A model generated the notes under the pieces. That model worked only from the letters and a program-made list of their open reading frames with translations, had not been told where the DNA came from and ran no database searches. The translations under genes and the position numbers were made by a program. Of a DNA stretch of 64,000 nt, positions 47,597-57,667 are shown piece after piece (the first letter of the stretch is position 1; every line of letters starts with the position of its first letter). The DNA is from Candidatus Gastranaerophilales bacterium. GTDB lineage: Bacteria; Cyanobacteriota; Vampirovibrionia; Gastranaerophilales; Gastranaerophilaceae. The stretch is from contig CALUWJ010000008.1 of NCBI GenBank assembly GCA_944324455.1, positions 14,235 to 78,234 of the forward strand, read 5' to 3'.

Positions 47597-48808
47597 TTAC
47601 TGCTGATAAGCTTGGAATAAAGGTAAATATAATGCCAAACCCAAAATACCAACAATCACACCGATAAATACCATCAGCAAAGGCTCAATCAGCTTTGTGA
47701 AACCATCTATGACAGCATCTAGCTTTTTATCAATAAAATTAACACAATGATACAAAGAATCACCAAGCCTACCTGATTGCTCACCTGTTGCAACCATAAA
47801 TGTCATCATCGTAGGAACTTCTTCAACGTTTTTTAAAGCTACAGATAAGTGTGTACCTTGTTGAACTTTGGCAGCTGCCTGCATAATTGCATTCTTTAAT
47901 ATAAAATTATCAATTGTTAAATTAGCCAAAAATAAACAGTCAACAATCGGAATACCTGCTTCATAAGAAACTTGCAATACTGCAATAAAATTTGAAAAAT
48001 TAGAATATTTTAACATATCAGAAAGCATGGGAATATGCAAGACACATTTATCACAAAAATTCCTAACTCTCGGGAATTGATATGCTTGATTTGCTACAAC
48101 AATAACAACAATAACAGAAACCAAACATAATGCCCAGTATGTTTTTATAAAAATACCCATATCCATACATGCTCTTGTAATCCATGGCAATGGTTTACCT
48201 AAATTGTTAAACATCTCATCAAAAGCAGGGAATACAAAAACAAGCATAACAATAATAGCTACAATTGCCAAAAGCACAACTATGGCAGGATAAATTAAAG
48301 CACCTATTACTTTGCCTTTAACTGCATCTTGTTTTTTCAATAAGTCCAACATACGAACAAGTGTTTTATCCAATTCCCCGGAATCTTCACCTGCTTTAAT
48401 CAGACCAATGTAAACACGACCAAAAATATTTCTGTATTTTTCAAGCGTTTCTCCAAGAGTTGAACCGCCAATAATTTGCTGTCTAAACTCATGGGTAATT
48501 TTTCTAATTCTTTGAGAATCAGAATTCTGCTCAATAAATAAAAGCGCTTCAATAATAGGAATTCCCGTTGAAGTCAATATTTCTAAAGTTGATGTAAAAT
48601 CAATCTTTTCTCTCAAACTTAAAGCTTGAATAACCTGTTTGTCGCCTTTTGTCTTCTTTGTTTTAGCAGATGCATCTTGAAAAGACGTCGGAATAAGCCC
48701 CATAGCTCGCACTTTTCTTCTGGCTTCAACTGTATCAACAGCATTGACTCTGCCGGACACAAGGGTAACATTATCTTCTTTTAGTGCTGTGTATATATAT
48801 TCTGCCAT
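47597..48808 (-). CDS. pilC: type IV pilus / T2SS platform protein (PilC/GspF family)
   Basis: Two T2SSF repeats with AGEDSGELDKTL and TGEQSGRLGDSL, three TM segments. Confidence 0.85.
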   Translation of the reverse strand: MAEYIYTALKEDNVTLVSGRVNAVDTVEARRKVRAMGLIPTSFQDASAKTKKTKGDKQVIQALSLREKIDFTSTLEILTSTGIPIIEALLFIEQNSDSQRIRKITHEFRQQIIGGSTLGETLEKYRNIFGRVYIGLIKAGEDSGELDKTLVRMLDLLKKQDAVKGKVIGALIYPAIVVLLAIVAIIVMLVFVFPAFDEMFNNLGKPLPWITRACMDMGIFIKTYWALCLVSVIVVIVVANQAYQFPRVRNFCDKCVLHIPMLSDMLKYSNFSNFIAVLQVSYEAGIPIVDCLFLANLTIDNFILKNAIMQAAAKVQQGTHLSVALKNVEEVPTMMTFMVATGEQSGRLGDSLYHCVNFIDKKLDAVIDGFTKLIEPLLMVFIGVIVGILGLALYLPLFQAYQQ

Positions 48809-51096
48809 TATTGTTCACCTGCCAAGCCCAAAATTCTAACTTGTTCTTCAATTGAAGTTTCTCCTTCCAGAATGTGCCTTAAACAAGCCATTCTTAAAGT
48901 TTTCATGCCTTGCTTTACGGCATAATCTTCAAGTTCAACATCATGAGCACGTTGTGCAATCATTTTTCTGATTTCATTATTAATAACAAGAATTTCCAAC
49001 ACGGCCAAACGACCCAAATATCCGGTATTTTTACAGTTTGGACATCCATGAGGTCTGTATAATTTTGTCTTAGTGAGTTTTTGTATTTCAACAGGATCGG
49101 TCAAAATCTTTCTTGCTTCTTCATAAGTCGGGAAGTATTCTTCCTTGCAACTTGGACACAATCTCTTGACAAGACGTTGTGCAATAATACCGGAAATTGT
49201 TGAAGATATCAAATAATCTTTTGCACCCATTTCAATTAAACGTGTAATTGTGGCTGAAGCAGAATTCGTGTGCACAGTTGATAAAACCAAATGACCTGTT
49301 AATGAAGCCGAAATTGCAACTTCGAGTGTTTCGTAATCACGAATCTCACCAATCAATATTGTATCAGGGTCTTGCCTTAAAATTGCACGTAATGAATTAG
49401 CAAATGTGATACCTGCTTTAGTATTAATTGAAGATTGATTTATACCCTCTAGACGTATTTCGACAGGGTCTTCAATTGTAGTAATATTGATTGTATCTGA
49501 ATTCAAATATCTTAAAATTGCATACAAAGTAGTAGTTTTACCCGAACCTGTAGGACCAGCCGTCAAGACAATCCCGTTTGGAGTAGATGCAAGATAGCGA
49601 ATTTTTTTTATATCTTCTTCGGTTGCGCCAATAATTTCAATTTTGTCGGCCTTAGCTTCCTTTGAATCCATTTGAGGTGCAAGCACACGAATTACCATTT
49701 TTTCTCTGCCTGCTACAGGGAGCGTATTCACACGAAAATCTTGAGCTTTATTTTTGTATTTTAACGTAAATGAACCGTCTTGCGCACGTCTATGCTCGGC
49801 AATATTCATTCTAGATAATACTTTAAATCTTGAGATTACAGCGCTATCTACCTTTGCTGGAATTTTTAAAACCTCTTGCAAAGAACCATCTATTCTAAGA
49901 CGAACTCTATATCCGACAGAAAGAGGTTCAATATGAATATCTGAAGCGCGTCTGTCGATTGCCATAGTAATTATTTTATTTGCAAGTTGAGAAACAGCGC
50001 CATCTGAATTTTGAACTTCTTTTTCGACTTGTTCCCACAGCTCACCCGCATTTTCATCTATCTTTTCATCTTCATTTATCTGTTGCAATAATTCATCAGT
50101 GTATGACTTGTCAGCACTATAATAAGTGTTGATAAAATTTTCAAACTCGACATGTGTAACCAACATAATAGTTGGTTTTAATCCTGTTTGATAAACTATT
50201 TCATTAATAACCTTTGTGTCGTTTGGATTTACCATACCTACAACCAAAGATTTATCAGTCATGCTCAACGGTATTACTTTGTTTAATTTAACAAAATCTT
50301 CAGGTAAAATAGAAACGGCAGTAGGTAATGATTTCAATTGTTCAGCTGTTGCATATTTTAAGCCCAATTGAGCGCCAAGAGCTTCTTTTAAATCCTTTAT
50401 TGCGACAAAACCCATTTTTACAAGCACTGAACCAAGCGGAATATGTTGCACCTTGCTTTCGGCCAAAGCAATTTCCAACTGCTTTTCTGTAATCAATTGT
50501 TCTTCTATTAATATTTCACCAAGCTTTTTGGTTTGAGGTGATTTTACCTTATCAATATGAGATACAGCAGTCGACTCATCTTTTTTATTTTTTTCGCTTT
50601 CTACATGGTCAGCTTGTTCGTTTACTTCATCTTGATCATCATCATCCAAATCATCATCTAAATCATCGCTATCTGGATCATCCAGCAAATATTCAGGCTC
50701 AGATGAATCATAATCATTAAGCTCAACATCTTCATCTAAGTCAACATCCAAAGAATCATCAGACGTAAGTTCAATTGAATCCTCATCTTCGGGCAATGAA
50801 TAATCTTCAACCGGCAAACCCAAATTTTGCGCTTGCTTCTTTAAGAAATTTGCAAACAATAAATCAAAATTATCTTTTGTTAAATATATAAACTCCAACT
50901 TGTTTTCAATTTTACTGTTAACATATTTAATGATTTCTTCTTTATTGGATTTTGTACTAATCGCTATAAAGAATACATCATTTTGCATATTCACGGGAAC
51001 AAAAGACATATCCCGAACGACAGCAAGATCTAATTTTTTTGCCAAATCGAAATTTATTTTATTAGATATTTTTGTAATTATTGCGTTGTTCATCAT
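48808..51096 (-). CDS. pilB: type IV pilus / T2SS assembly ATPase (PilB/GspE family) with extended N-terminus
   Basis: Walker A GPTGSGKTT, ILIGEIRD Walker B, CPSC...CPNC tetracysteine. Two T2SSE_N-like regions split by an acidic linker. Confidence 0.85.
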   Translation of the reverse strand: MMNNAIITKISNKINFDLAKKLDLAVVRDMSFVPVNMQNDVFFIAISTKSNKEEIIKYVNSKIENKLEFIYLTKDNFDLLFANFLKKQAQNLGLPVEDYSLPEDEDSIELTSDDSLDVDLDEDVELNDYDSSEPEYLLDDPDSDDLDDDLDDDDQDEVNEQADHVESEKNKKDESTAVSHIDKVKSPQTKKLGEILIEEQLITEKQLEIALAESKVQHIPLGSVLVKMGFVAIKDLKEALGAQLGLKYATAEQLKSLPTAVSILPEDFVKLNKVIPLSMTDKSLVVGMVNPNDTKVINEIVYQTGLKPTIMLVTHVEFENFINTYYSADKSYTDELLQQINEDEKIDENAGELWEQVEKEVQNSDGAVSQLANKIITMAIDRRASDIHIEPLSVGYRVRLRIDGSLQEVLKIPAKVDSAVISRFKVLSRMNIAEHRRAQDGSFTLKYKNKAQDFRVNTLPVAGREKMVIRVLAPQMDSKEAKADKIEIIGATEEDIKKIRYLASTPNGIVLTAGPTGSGKTTTLYAILRYLNSDTINITTIEDPVEIRLEGINQSSINTKAGITFANSLRAILRQDPDTILIGEIRDYETLEVAISASLTGHLVLSTVHTNSASATITRLIEMGAKDYLISSTISGIIAQRLVKRLCPSCKEEYFPTYEEARKILTDPVEIQKLTKTKLYRPHGCPNCKNTGYLGRLAVLEILVINNEIRKMIAQRAHDVELEDYAVKQGMKTLRMACLRHILEGETSIEEQVRILGLAGEQ

Positions 51097-51104
51097 TTTA
51101 ATTT

Positions 51105-53018
51105 CTATAAGTCGTATATTTGATTGCTTGTCGGCTCATCGCCATCTTTGATAATATGAGGTGTTACAACTATTACAAGTTCTTCTCTTGTTTTAGATGT
51201 AGTATTATTTCTGAAAAATGCACCTATGAAAGGTAAGTCAGATATTAACGGCATTTTTTGTATAGTTTGAGTTTCATTTTCCTTAATCAAACCTGCAAGA
51301 ACAAGTGTTTCGCCGTCTTTTATTCTTATATTCCTTAATTCTAAATCTCTTCTTTGCAATAATGTAGCGGCAATTTCTCTTGCACCCGAATCACCCGTAG
51401 TATAAACTCTTTCTTTGATAGTTGCAAATTCAGGCGTAATATTCATCGATACATAACCATCAGGAGAGATAAAAGGTACAATTTCAATCATTAAACCTTC
51501 ATCTGAACCTATATCATAAGTTCTTTGAGTTGCACTCGTAACAGTTGATGAACCTTGAAGAACTTGGCTTGTAACAGATTTAACATAATCTGAAGTCATA
51601 TCGATAGTCGCCTTTTTACCATTTGTAACCATGATTTTCGGATTTGTCAAAACTCTGCCATTTCCATTTTCTACCAAGTATTTCAATTGATATACCAAAG
51701 CTCTATTATTTGATTTTGTTATTATTTCAGTTGTAGTATCTGTTGTAGTAGAATCACCTGTTACAGTTGTGCTGGTAACTGTTGTTGGGTATTGGTTGCC
51801 CCAAATAAAGAACGGAGAAGTTGTAGTCAAACCCTCATCAGGTCTAAAGCCTAATGAAATAAACGGAGTCCACAAATTCCACTCGTTGGAAAATTCTTTC
51901 GAACCTGTTTCATTTAATTCAATTACAGATAACTCAACATAAGCCATCAGCTGTTTTTTGTCATGTTCTTTTATAAACTCTTTTATTATTTCAACTTGCT
52001 CAACAGATCCGCCGTAAACACCTATCTTTCCAAGTTCAGAAAAATAAGTTATTGTAAGAGGATTTGCTTTAAATGCAGCTAAAGTTGTACCGTTTGAACC
52101 ATTTCTTGACCTGTTTGTTCTTGATGAAGAAGATGTACTTGAAGAAACTTCATCCCTGCAAGCAACTACTCCTCCGCCCAATACAACTTCTTCCGATTCC
52201 ATATCTGTTTCAGAAGAACTTGAATTATTTGAAGTATCTGCATCATAAAACAAAGAGTCACATATCAAAGTAGCCATTTCCTTAGGAGTTGTATGGTTTA
52301 CCTTGAAATTATTCACCATCGGCTTTGTATCTAAAACCGGTAAAATCCTTTTTACAGCCATTACGTCAGCACTAGAGCCAAATACCACAATTTGATTTGT
52401 TCTTGGGTTTGATGTAACTATAGGCTGACTGGAAAGCCCAAAAATATTAGAATTAAACAAGTTATCATTTAAAAACTCTGCAACGCTTTCTGCGTTAACG
52501 TATTTAACAGGCAATACTGTCATATTTTTTCTTGTGTATGCAACATCTTTAGCTTTTTCAAGAGTCATGACAGTAACCGTATTACCTTCCATAAAATAAG
52601 TTAACTGACAAGATTTAAAAACAACCATAAAAGCATCATTTACATTAACATTTTTTAAATCCAAAGTAACTCTGCCAACAACAGACTCATCAAATGCAAT
52701 ATTTACACCGGCTTTATCTGCCAACATTCTCAATGCTTGCCTTATATCAGAGTCCCTTAATGAAACATTGATTTTTGCATTTGAATTTGTTATTGGTTGA
52801 TTTGAATCCAACCTAAATGTAGCTTCAATTCCCTTTGCGTCCATTGAATTTAAATTCAACAAGCTTTTTCCGTCAGCAGGCTGGCTTTGCATATAAGAAG
52901 TTGAAACACTGTCTAAGTATGAAACTCTGTTGTCATACCCGAAAACCGATTGAGTTAATAATGTTAAACTCAATAAAGTTAAACAAATGTTTATCCTGTT
53001 CGGTTTAAATTTTTGCAT
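51105..53018 (-). CDS. pilQ: secretin (PilQ/GspD family)
   Basis: Signal peptide, N0/STN-like VSLRDSDIRQALRMLADKAGVNIAFD, C-terminal secretin core ...LISDLPFIGAFF...VTPHII. Confidence 0.8.
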   Translation of the reverse strand: MQKFKPNRINICLTLLSLTLLTQSVFGYDNRVSYLDSVSTSYMQSQPADGKSLLNLNSMDAKGIEATFRLDSNQPITNSNAKINVSLRDSDIRQALRMLADKAGVNIAFDESVVGRVTLDLKNVNVNDAFMVVFKSCQLTYFMEGNTVTVMTLEKAKDVAYTRKNMTVLPVKYVNAESVAEFLNDNLFNSNIFGLSSQPIVTSNPRTNQIVVFGSSADVMAVKRILPVLDTKPMVNNFKVNHTTPKEMATLICDSLFYDADTSNNSSSSETDMESEEVVLGGGVVACRDEVSSSTSSSSRTNRSRNGSNGTTLAAFKANPLTITYFSELGKIGVYGGSVEQVEIIKEFIKEHDKKQLMAYVELSVIELNETGSKEFSNEWNLWTPFISLGFRPDEGLTTTSPFFIWGNQYPTTVTSTTVTGDSTTTDTTTEIITKSNNRALVYQLKYLVENGNGRVLTNPKIMVTNGKKATIDMTSDYVKSVTSQVLQGSSTVTSATQRTYDIGSDEGLMIEIVPFISPDGYVSMNITPEFATIKERVYTTGDSGAREIAATLLQRRDLELRNIRIKDGETLVLAGLIKENETQTIQKMPLISDLPFIGAFFRNNTTSKTREELVIVVTPHIIKDGDEPTSNQIYDL

Positions 53019-53070
53019 TTTTATTATTTCTCCTAGATTAATTATTTTTCTTTATTGGTTTTATATTTTC

Positions 53071-54276
53071 TTATTTGATGGTTGATGTACTTCTTGTGTT
53101 TACGCTAACCTCAGATTCGGAAACGTAGCTCGGATCAACCTTTTGATATTTACGATTACCCGAAGAAGTATAACTTGCAACTCCATAAAATCCATCATCA
53201 ATTTTAAAGCCCTCACCAATTGTTGCAGTATAAACATTCTTACCATATGCAATTGCAACAGTTGTTTTTTGTATATCGGCAATTCGGAACTTGTCCAACA
53301 TATCGCCTTCTTGAACAAAATAATCATTTCCTTCAAAGGTAATTATTGCAGAAGGTTTTTTATCATCATACATAATTCCGGATACGGAAACATTCATTAA
53401 TTGATAAGTTTCAGGTTCATCTGTGCCAAATTCTTTTGGCGGTGCAGGAATACCAGCCTTATCATATTGTATGACCTTTTGCGGAACTTCTACAGCCATG
53501 TATTTCTGTATTGGCATAAAAGGATTTGGTCTACCTGTTTGAACAACATTAATAACCTCTTTTTTTTCTTGAATATCCGGTTTAATTTCAGCTATTTCTT
53601 CTTCATTTACTACGGGGATATTTTCCTTTTCCCTATTTTCAATATCTTCTTTAGTTAATTCATTTAATTCTTCTTGCTTGTTTGGTATCAACAGTTCGTC
53701 TTCCGCTAAATTTTTGTTTTTAGTAAAATCAATCGCATAATATACGCCGCCTGCAACAAGAATTGCGAACAATAAAGCTAATAACAAACCTGTTGAACTC
53801 GAGCTTTTCTTTACTTGACGTTTTCTTGGAATAAAATCATCAGATTGAGAGGCATTCATATTGGAAGACTCGATATTTGACTCATCAACCAGCATAGAAT
53901 CATCCAAATTAACATCTTTCAATCGCTCACTATCATCTTCAGCATCTTGAGAATAATCATCACCTTGACCAAAGGCGTCAAATGCTTTTTGTTTAGGACT
54001 ATATTCAGATGCATTATTGTCATTTAATATTTTAGCAAGTTCATCATCACTTACGTTTTCATCATCGCCCTGAACAAATTCTAAATCATCGCCCAAATCA
54101 ATCAAATTTAAATCATCAGTTTCACCGGATGCCTTAGAAGTTTGTTGTCCGTCTTTTATATTTACAAGATCATCTTGCGACGCTTGCAATACATCGTCCC
54201 AATCAACAACTCCGTCTTCAGATACTCTAATATCCGCCCCGTTGTTTATAAAATCTTTTTCTTCCTCAAAAAACAT
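53071..54276 (-). CDS. bitopic protein with acidic cytoplasmic N-terminus and PilP/GspC-HR-like periplasmic C-terminus
   Basis: TM LLLALLFAILVAGGVYYAI. C-terminal VSGIMYDDKKPSAIITFEGNDYFVQEGDMLDKFRIADIQKTTVAI pattern. First gene of the secretin operon. Confidence 0.45.
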   Translation of the reverse strand: MFFEEEKDFINNGADIRVSEDGVVDWDDVLQASQDDLVNIKDGQQTSKASGETDDLNLIDLGDDLEFVQGDDENVSDDELAKILNDNNASEYSPKQKAFDAFGQGDDYSQDAEDDSERLKDVNLDDSMLVDESNIESSNMNASQSDDFIPRKRQVKKSSSSTGLLLALLFAILVAGGVYYAIDFTKNKNLAEDELLIPNKQEELNELTKEDIENREKENIPVVNEEEIAEIKPDIQEKKEVINVVQTGRPNPFMPIQKYMAVEVPQKVIQYDKAGIPAPPKEFGTDEPETYQLMNVSVSGIMYDDKKPSAIITFEGNDYFVQEGDMLDKFRIADIQKTTVAIAYGKNVYTATIGEGFKIDDGFYGVASYTSSGNRKYQKVDPSYVSESEVSVNTRSTSTIK

Positions 54277-54371
54277 CTCTTAATTCTTATCTCTAATTTC
54301 TCTATAATACATATCACATAAATATACTTATAAGTTTACTATGAGTTTTGGTTTTGTCAAAATGTAACTTT

Positions 54372-55661
54372 TTAGTAATATTCTTCATCATAAGTTAGCT
54401 CAATTCCAGCTACAATAATAGTATCCCCGTTTTTTACGCCACATTCTCTAAGAGCATCGTAAACCCCCATAGAATCTAATATATTTGTAAATCTTTTTAT
54501 TTGCTGTGTATTTCTTATATCCGTAACAGATGCAAGTCTTTTTAATTTACCGCCCGTTATTTCAAATGTATTTTTATTTAGCTTTGTTATATCAAATTCT
54601 GAATCATCATTATCAATAGAAGCCAAATCTTCCTCAATATCTAAAGCGATTTTTATATCATCAATTTCGCCAAGCTTAATATAAAGATAATTCAAAAGTT
54701 CTTGTACACCTTGTTTTGTAACAGTAGATATTATAAAAACATCATCATTTATATTAAATCTATTTTTAAATTCATCTTTTATTTCTTGAGCATGCTCATC
54801 ATCAACAATGTCAACTTTATTTAAAACAAGAACCTGCTTTCTTTTTGATAGTTCAAAATCAAATTTTTGTAATTCATTATTAATTTTAATATAGTTATCA
54901 AAACTTTCGTCTTTTGAAATATCAATCACATGCAATAATAATTTACATCTTTGCACGTGGCGCAAGAACTCATGCCCCAAGCCCAAACCATCGGATGCAC
55001 CTTCAATTAACCCCGGTATATCAGCTATAACAAACCCGTCACCATCAGGTTTTCTAACAACACCCAAATTGGGAACCAAGGTTGTAAAAGGGTAATCGGC
55101 AATTTTTGGCTTTGCAGCGCTGATGACGCTGATTAAACTTGATTTTCCGGCATTTGGCATGCCAACCAAACCAACATCAGCGATTAGTTTTAATTCTAAT
55201 TCCAATTCTCTTTCAATAGAAGGTTCTCCGGGTTCACAAAACTGGGGTGCTCTTTTTTGTGCAGTTGCAAAACGAGCATTTCCACGACCGCCGCGACCGC
55301 CTTTTGCAATTAACACGGTTTTGTTATCACAATCCAAATCAGCAATAAGCTTATTTGTTTTCAAATCTCTAACCACAACCCCGACAGGCATTTTAATGAA
55401 CAAATCATCGCCATCTTTTCCATGGCAATTTTTATTTTTGCCATTTTCACCGCGTTGTGCCTTAAAAACTGTTTTATGAGTAAAATCTAATAAAGTTGAC
55501 ATATCTTTTGTTGCAACAAAATAAACATCTCCGCCGCAACCGCCGTCACCACCTGCAGGGCCGCCTTTATCAACATATTTTTCTCTGCGCCAAGCCATGG
55601 CACCATTACCACCGGCACCTGATATAACTTTTATTTTAGCTTTATCTATAAACGCAGCCAT
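54372..55661 (-). CDS. obg: GTPase Obg/CgtA
   Basis: Gly-rich Obg fold (GGDGGCGGDV), G1 GMPNAGKSS, C-terminal OCT domain. Confidence 0.9.
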   Translation of the reverse strand: MAAFIDKAKIKVISGAGGNGAMAWRREKYVDKGGPAGGDGGCGGDVYFVATKDMSTLLDFTHKTVFKAQRGENGKNKNCHGKDGDDLFIKMPVGVVVRDLKTNKLIADLDCDNKTVLIAKGGRGGRGNARFATAQKRAPQFCEPGEPSIERELELELKLIADVGLVGMPNAGKSSLISVISAAKPKIADYPFTTLVPNLGVVRKPDGDGFVIADIPGLIEGASDGLGLGHEFLRHVQRCKLLLHVIDISKDESFDNYIKINNELQKFDFELSKRKQVLVLNKVDIVDDEHAQEIKDEFKNRFNINDDVFIISTVTKQGVQELLNYLYIKLGEIDDIKIALDIEEDLASIDNDDSEFDITKLNKNTFEITGGKLKRLASVTDIRNTQQIKRFTNILDSMGVYDALRECGVKNGDTIIVAGIELTYDEEYY

Positions 55662-56203
55662 TATCCCGCAAGCCTTTCGAAATTTTCCTGATAATTCAAG
55701 CAGTCATTTAAATTAAATTCTCTATCAGGATATTCAAATCTGCTTATAACCTTTTCCACAAATAATTGTAACATCATAGAAAAAGTTTTTCCATCAATCT
55801 TTTGATTTATATAATCATAAATTAAGCGCATTACACAAGGATAAAAATCTATTGCATAACAAGAATTTATTGTGTTTATTGGCTTTATTAACTCATCTAT
55901 ATCAGGATTTTCAAAAACCATCCACAAATAATATTTTGAATACTCAACCAATAAATTCACAATTTTTTCAGATGTGAAATTTTGTATTGCATTTTCATAA
56001 TAAATAACAAAGTCATTATACAGACTCTCATCATCAGAAATTTTATTATTTACAACAGTCAAATAATCTTTGATAAAACAACCGAACAAGTTTAAATCAT
56101 TGTTGCAATTTCGTTTTATGCTGTATAACCCTCTTATTTGTTCCAATTCAAGAGAAAACTCCATGAATTTAAACAATTTTTCCATTTGTTCTATATAATC
56201 CAT
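55661..56203 (-). CDS. hypothetical protein translationally coupled to obg
   Basis: 180-aa ORF whose stop overlaps the obg start. No motif recognised. Confidence 0.5.
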   Translation of the reverse strand: MDYIEQMEKLFKFMEFSLELEQIRGLYSIKRNCNNDLNLFGCFIKDYLTVVNNKISDDESLYNDFVIYYENAIQNFTSEKIVNLLVEYSKYYLWMVFENPDIDELIKPINTINSCYAIDFYPCVMRLIYDYINQKIDGKTFSMMLQLFVEKVISRFEYPDREFNLNDCLNYQENFERLAG

Positions 56204-56260
56204 AGCAACATTTTACATTTGTTTTTTTTGAATTCAAAAAAGTAATAAAACTTTATTTGA

Positions 56261-57271
56261 CTAATTTCTATACCCCATGCCTGCTCTGTATCCAGATATT
56301 GTATAAAGCAAAGGTAAAGACGGCTCAATCCATTTTAGCCCTGATAACAAAGATACTGTTGCAATATCATCCGTGTGCAATCCTAAATCCAAAAGTTCTG
56401 GTTTTCTTTCTTTTACACCTTCTTTTTCGGCATCTTTTTTAATCAAAGGAACGATTATCTTTTTTGATACAAAATTGGCAATCTTAGAACCGCCTAAAAC
56501 ACCGGTTAAAACAATCCCCGTAGTCATGCCTATTGCTCTTGCTGTTTTAGAAGTTATATTCAATTTTTCTAATATTGCTAAAGCACACCCAGCACCAATA
56601 TTGCACATAAAAATATTTGCAAGATACTGATATAAACCTTCATTAATTTTATCGGGTACTTTTTCTTTTAAATTTTCTTTATTATAAATATCAACCCCAA
56701 CACCACCTAAAATTCCTCCTAAAACAGGTACAGCTCCATAAATTGATAGATAACCTATTTCTTGAAAAATGTCTTTAGCTTTAATATTTTCAGGATCAGG
56801 TATTAATTTTTTTAAAAATTCTTTTTCATGAGCTGATTTTAAAGAAGAAAACAATTGCTTGATTTCGCTAAAATTTAAAACGTTAGTCTTAGCCTTATTT
56901 AAAATTTCAACATTTTTTAAATCCAAAGATGTTGAATTTAAAAAATCCGAAATAAGTTTTTCATTTTTATCTTTTACTTTTTCTAAAGAGTCTAAAGAGG
57001 CTCTATTAACTAATTTTGAGGCAATTTTAGGAGCCATCAATGCGCTTAAGATAGCGCTTGTCAATACAATTGATTTTTTAAAAAATTCTTTTTTTAAATC
57101 ATACTTTTCAATATCTGTTGAATTTTTAGATTTTTCAAACAAATCATATGAATTTTTTATCAAATATAAACCACCCAATGAAAACAAAATTTTTGGCATG
57201 GCTTTATTTAATTTTGCAACCAAAAGAGGTTGATCCAAAAACTTTCCAAAAGAAGAAATATTATTTATCAT
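56261..57271 (-). CDS. hypothetical membrane protein coupled to the MntR-like repressor
   Basis: 336 aa, Gly-rich helices (GAVPVLGGILGGVGV, GIVLTGVLGGSKI). N-terminus MINNISSFGKFL. TAATG overlap with the upstream gene. Confidence 0.55.
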   Translation of the reverse strand: MINNISSFGKFLDQPLLVAKLNKAMPKILFSLGGLYLIKNSYDLFEKSKNSTDIEKYDLKKEFFKKSIVLTSAILSALMAPKIASKLVNRASLDSLEKVKDKNEKLISDFLNSTSLDLKNVEILNKAKTNVLNFSEIKQLFSSLKSAHEKEFLKKLIPDPENIKAKDIFQEIGYLSIYGAVPVLGGILGGVGVDIYNKENLKEKVPDKINEGLYQYLANIFMCNIGAGCALAILEKLNITSKTARAIGMTTGIVLTGVLGGSKIANFVSKKIIVPLIKKDAEKEGVKERKPELLDLGLHTDDIATVSLLSGLKWIEPSLPLLYTISGYRAGMGYRN

Positions 57272-57666
57272 TAATTTAATTCCTTATTAGCACGATTTTT
57301 AATATAAAGTTCGCTAAATTGATGAATTTTATCAAGTACTTCATCATCAATAACATGTTCAATTTTACAAGCGTTTTTATCTGCTATCTGATAATCAATC
57401 TTTAAAACTTCACTAAAAAATTTAAACAAAATATTATGCCTGTTTATAATTTTTTTAGCTTCAACAACACCTTTTTCGGTTATTTTAATGCCTTTTCTGC
57501 CTTCATAAATGATTAAATCTAAATCTGCTAATCTGATTAAAGCCTCAGAAACCGAAGGACGCGAAATTTTAAATTCGTTTGCAATATCAATTGCTTTTAT
57601 AACCTTATTTTTAGAAATTGTTTGATAAATCAATTCAAGATAATCTTCAAGACCTTTTGTTAACAT
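57271..57666 (-). CDS. mntR: DtxR/MntR-family metal-dependent repressor (short form)
   Basis: EDYLELIY, ISRPSVSEALIRL HTH, RHNILFKF, KIEHVI. Parallels B. subtilis MntR blocks. Confidence 0.75.
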   Translation of the reverse strand: MLTKGLEDYLELIYQTISKNKVIKAIDIANEFKISRPSVSEALIRLADLDLIIYEGRKGIKITEKGVVEAKKIINRHNILFKFFSEVLKIDYQIADKNACKIEHVIDDEVLDKIHQFSELYIKNRANKELN

Positions 57667-57667
57667 T

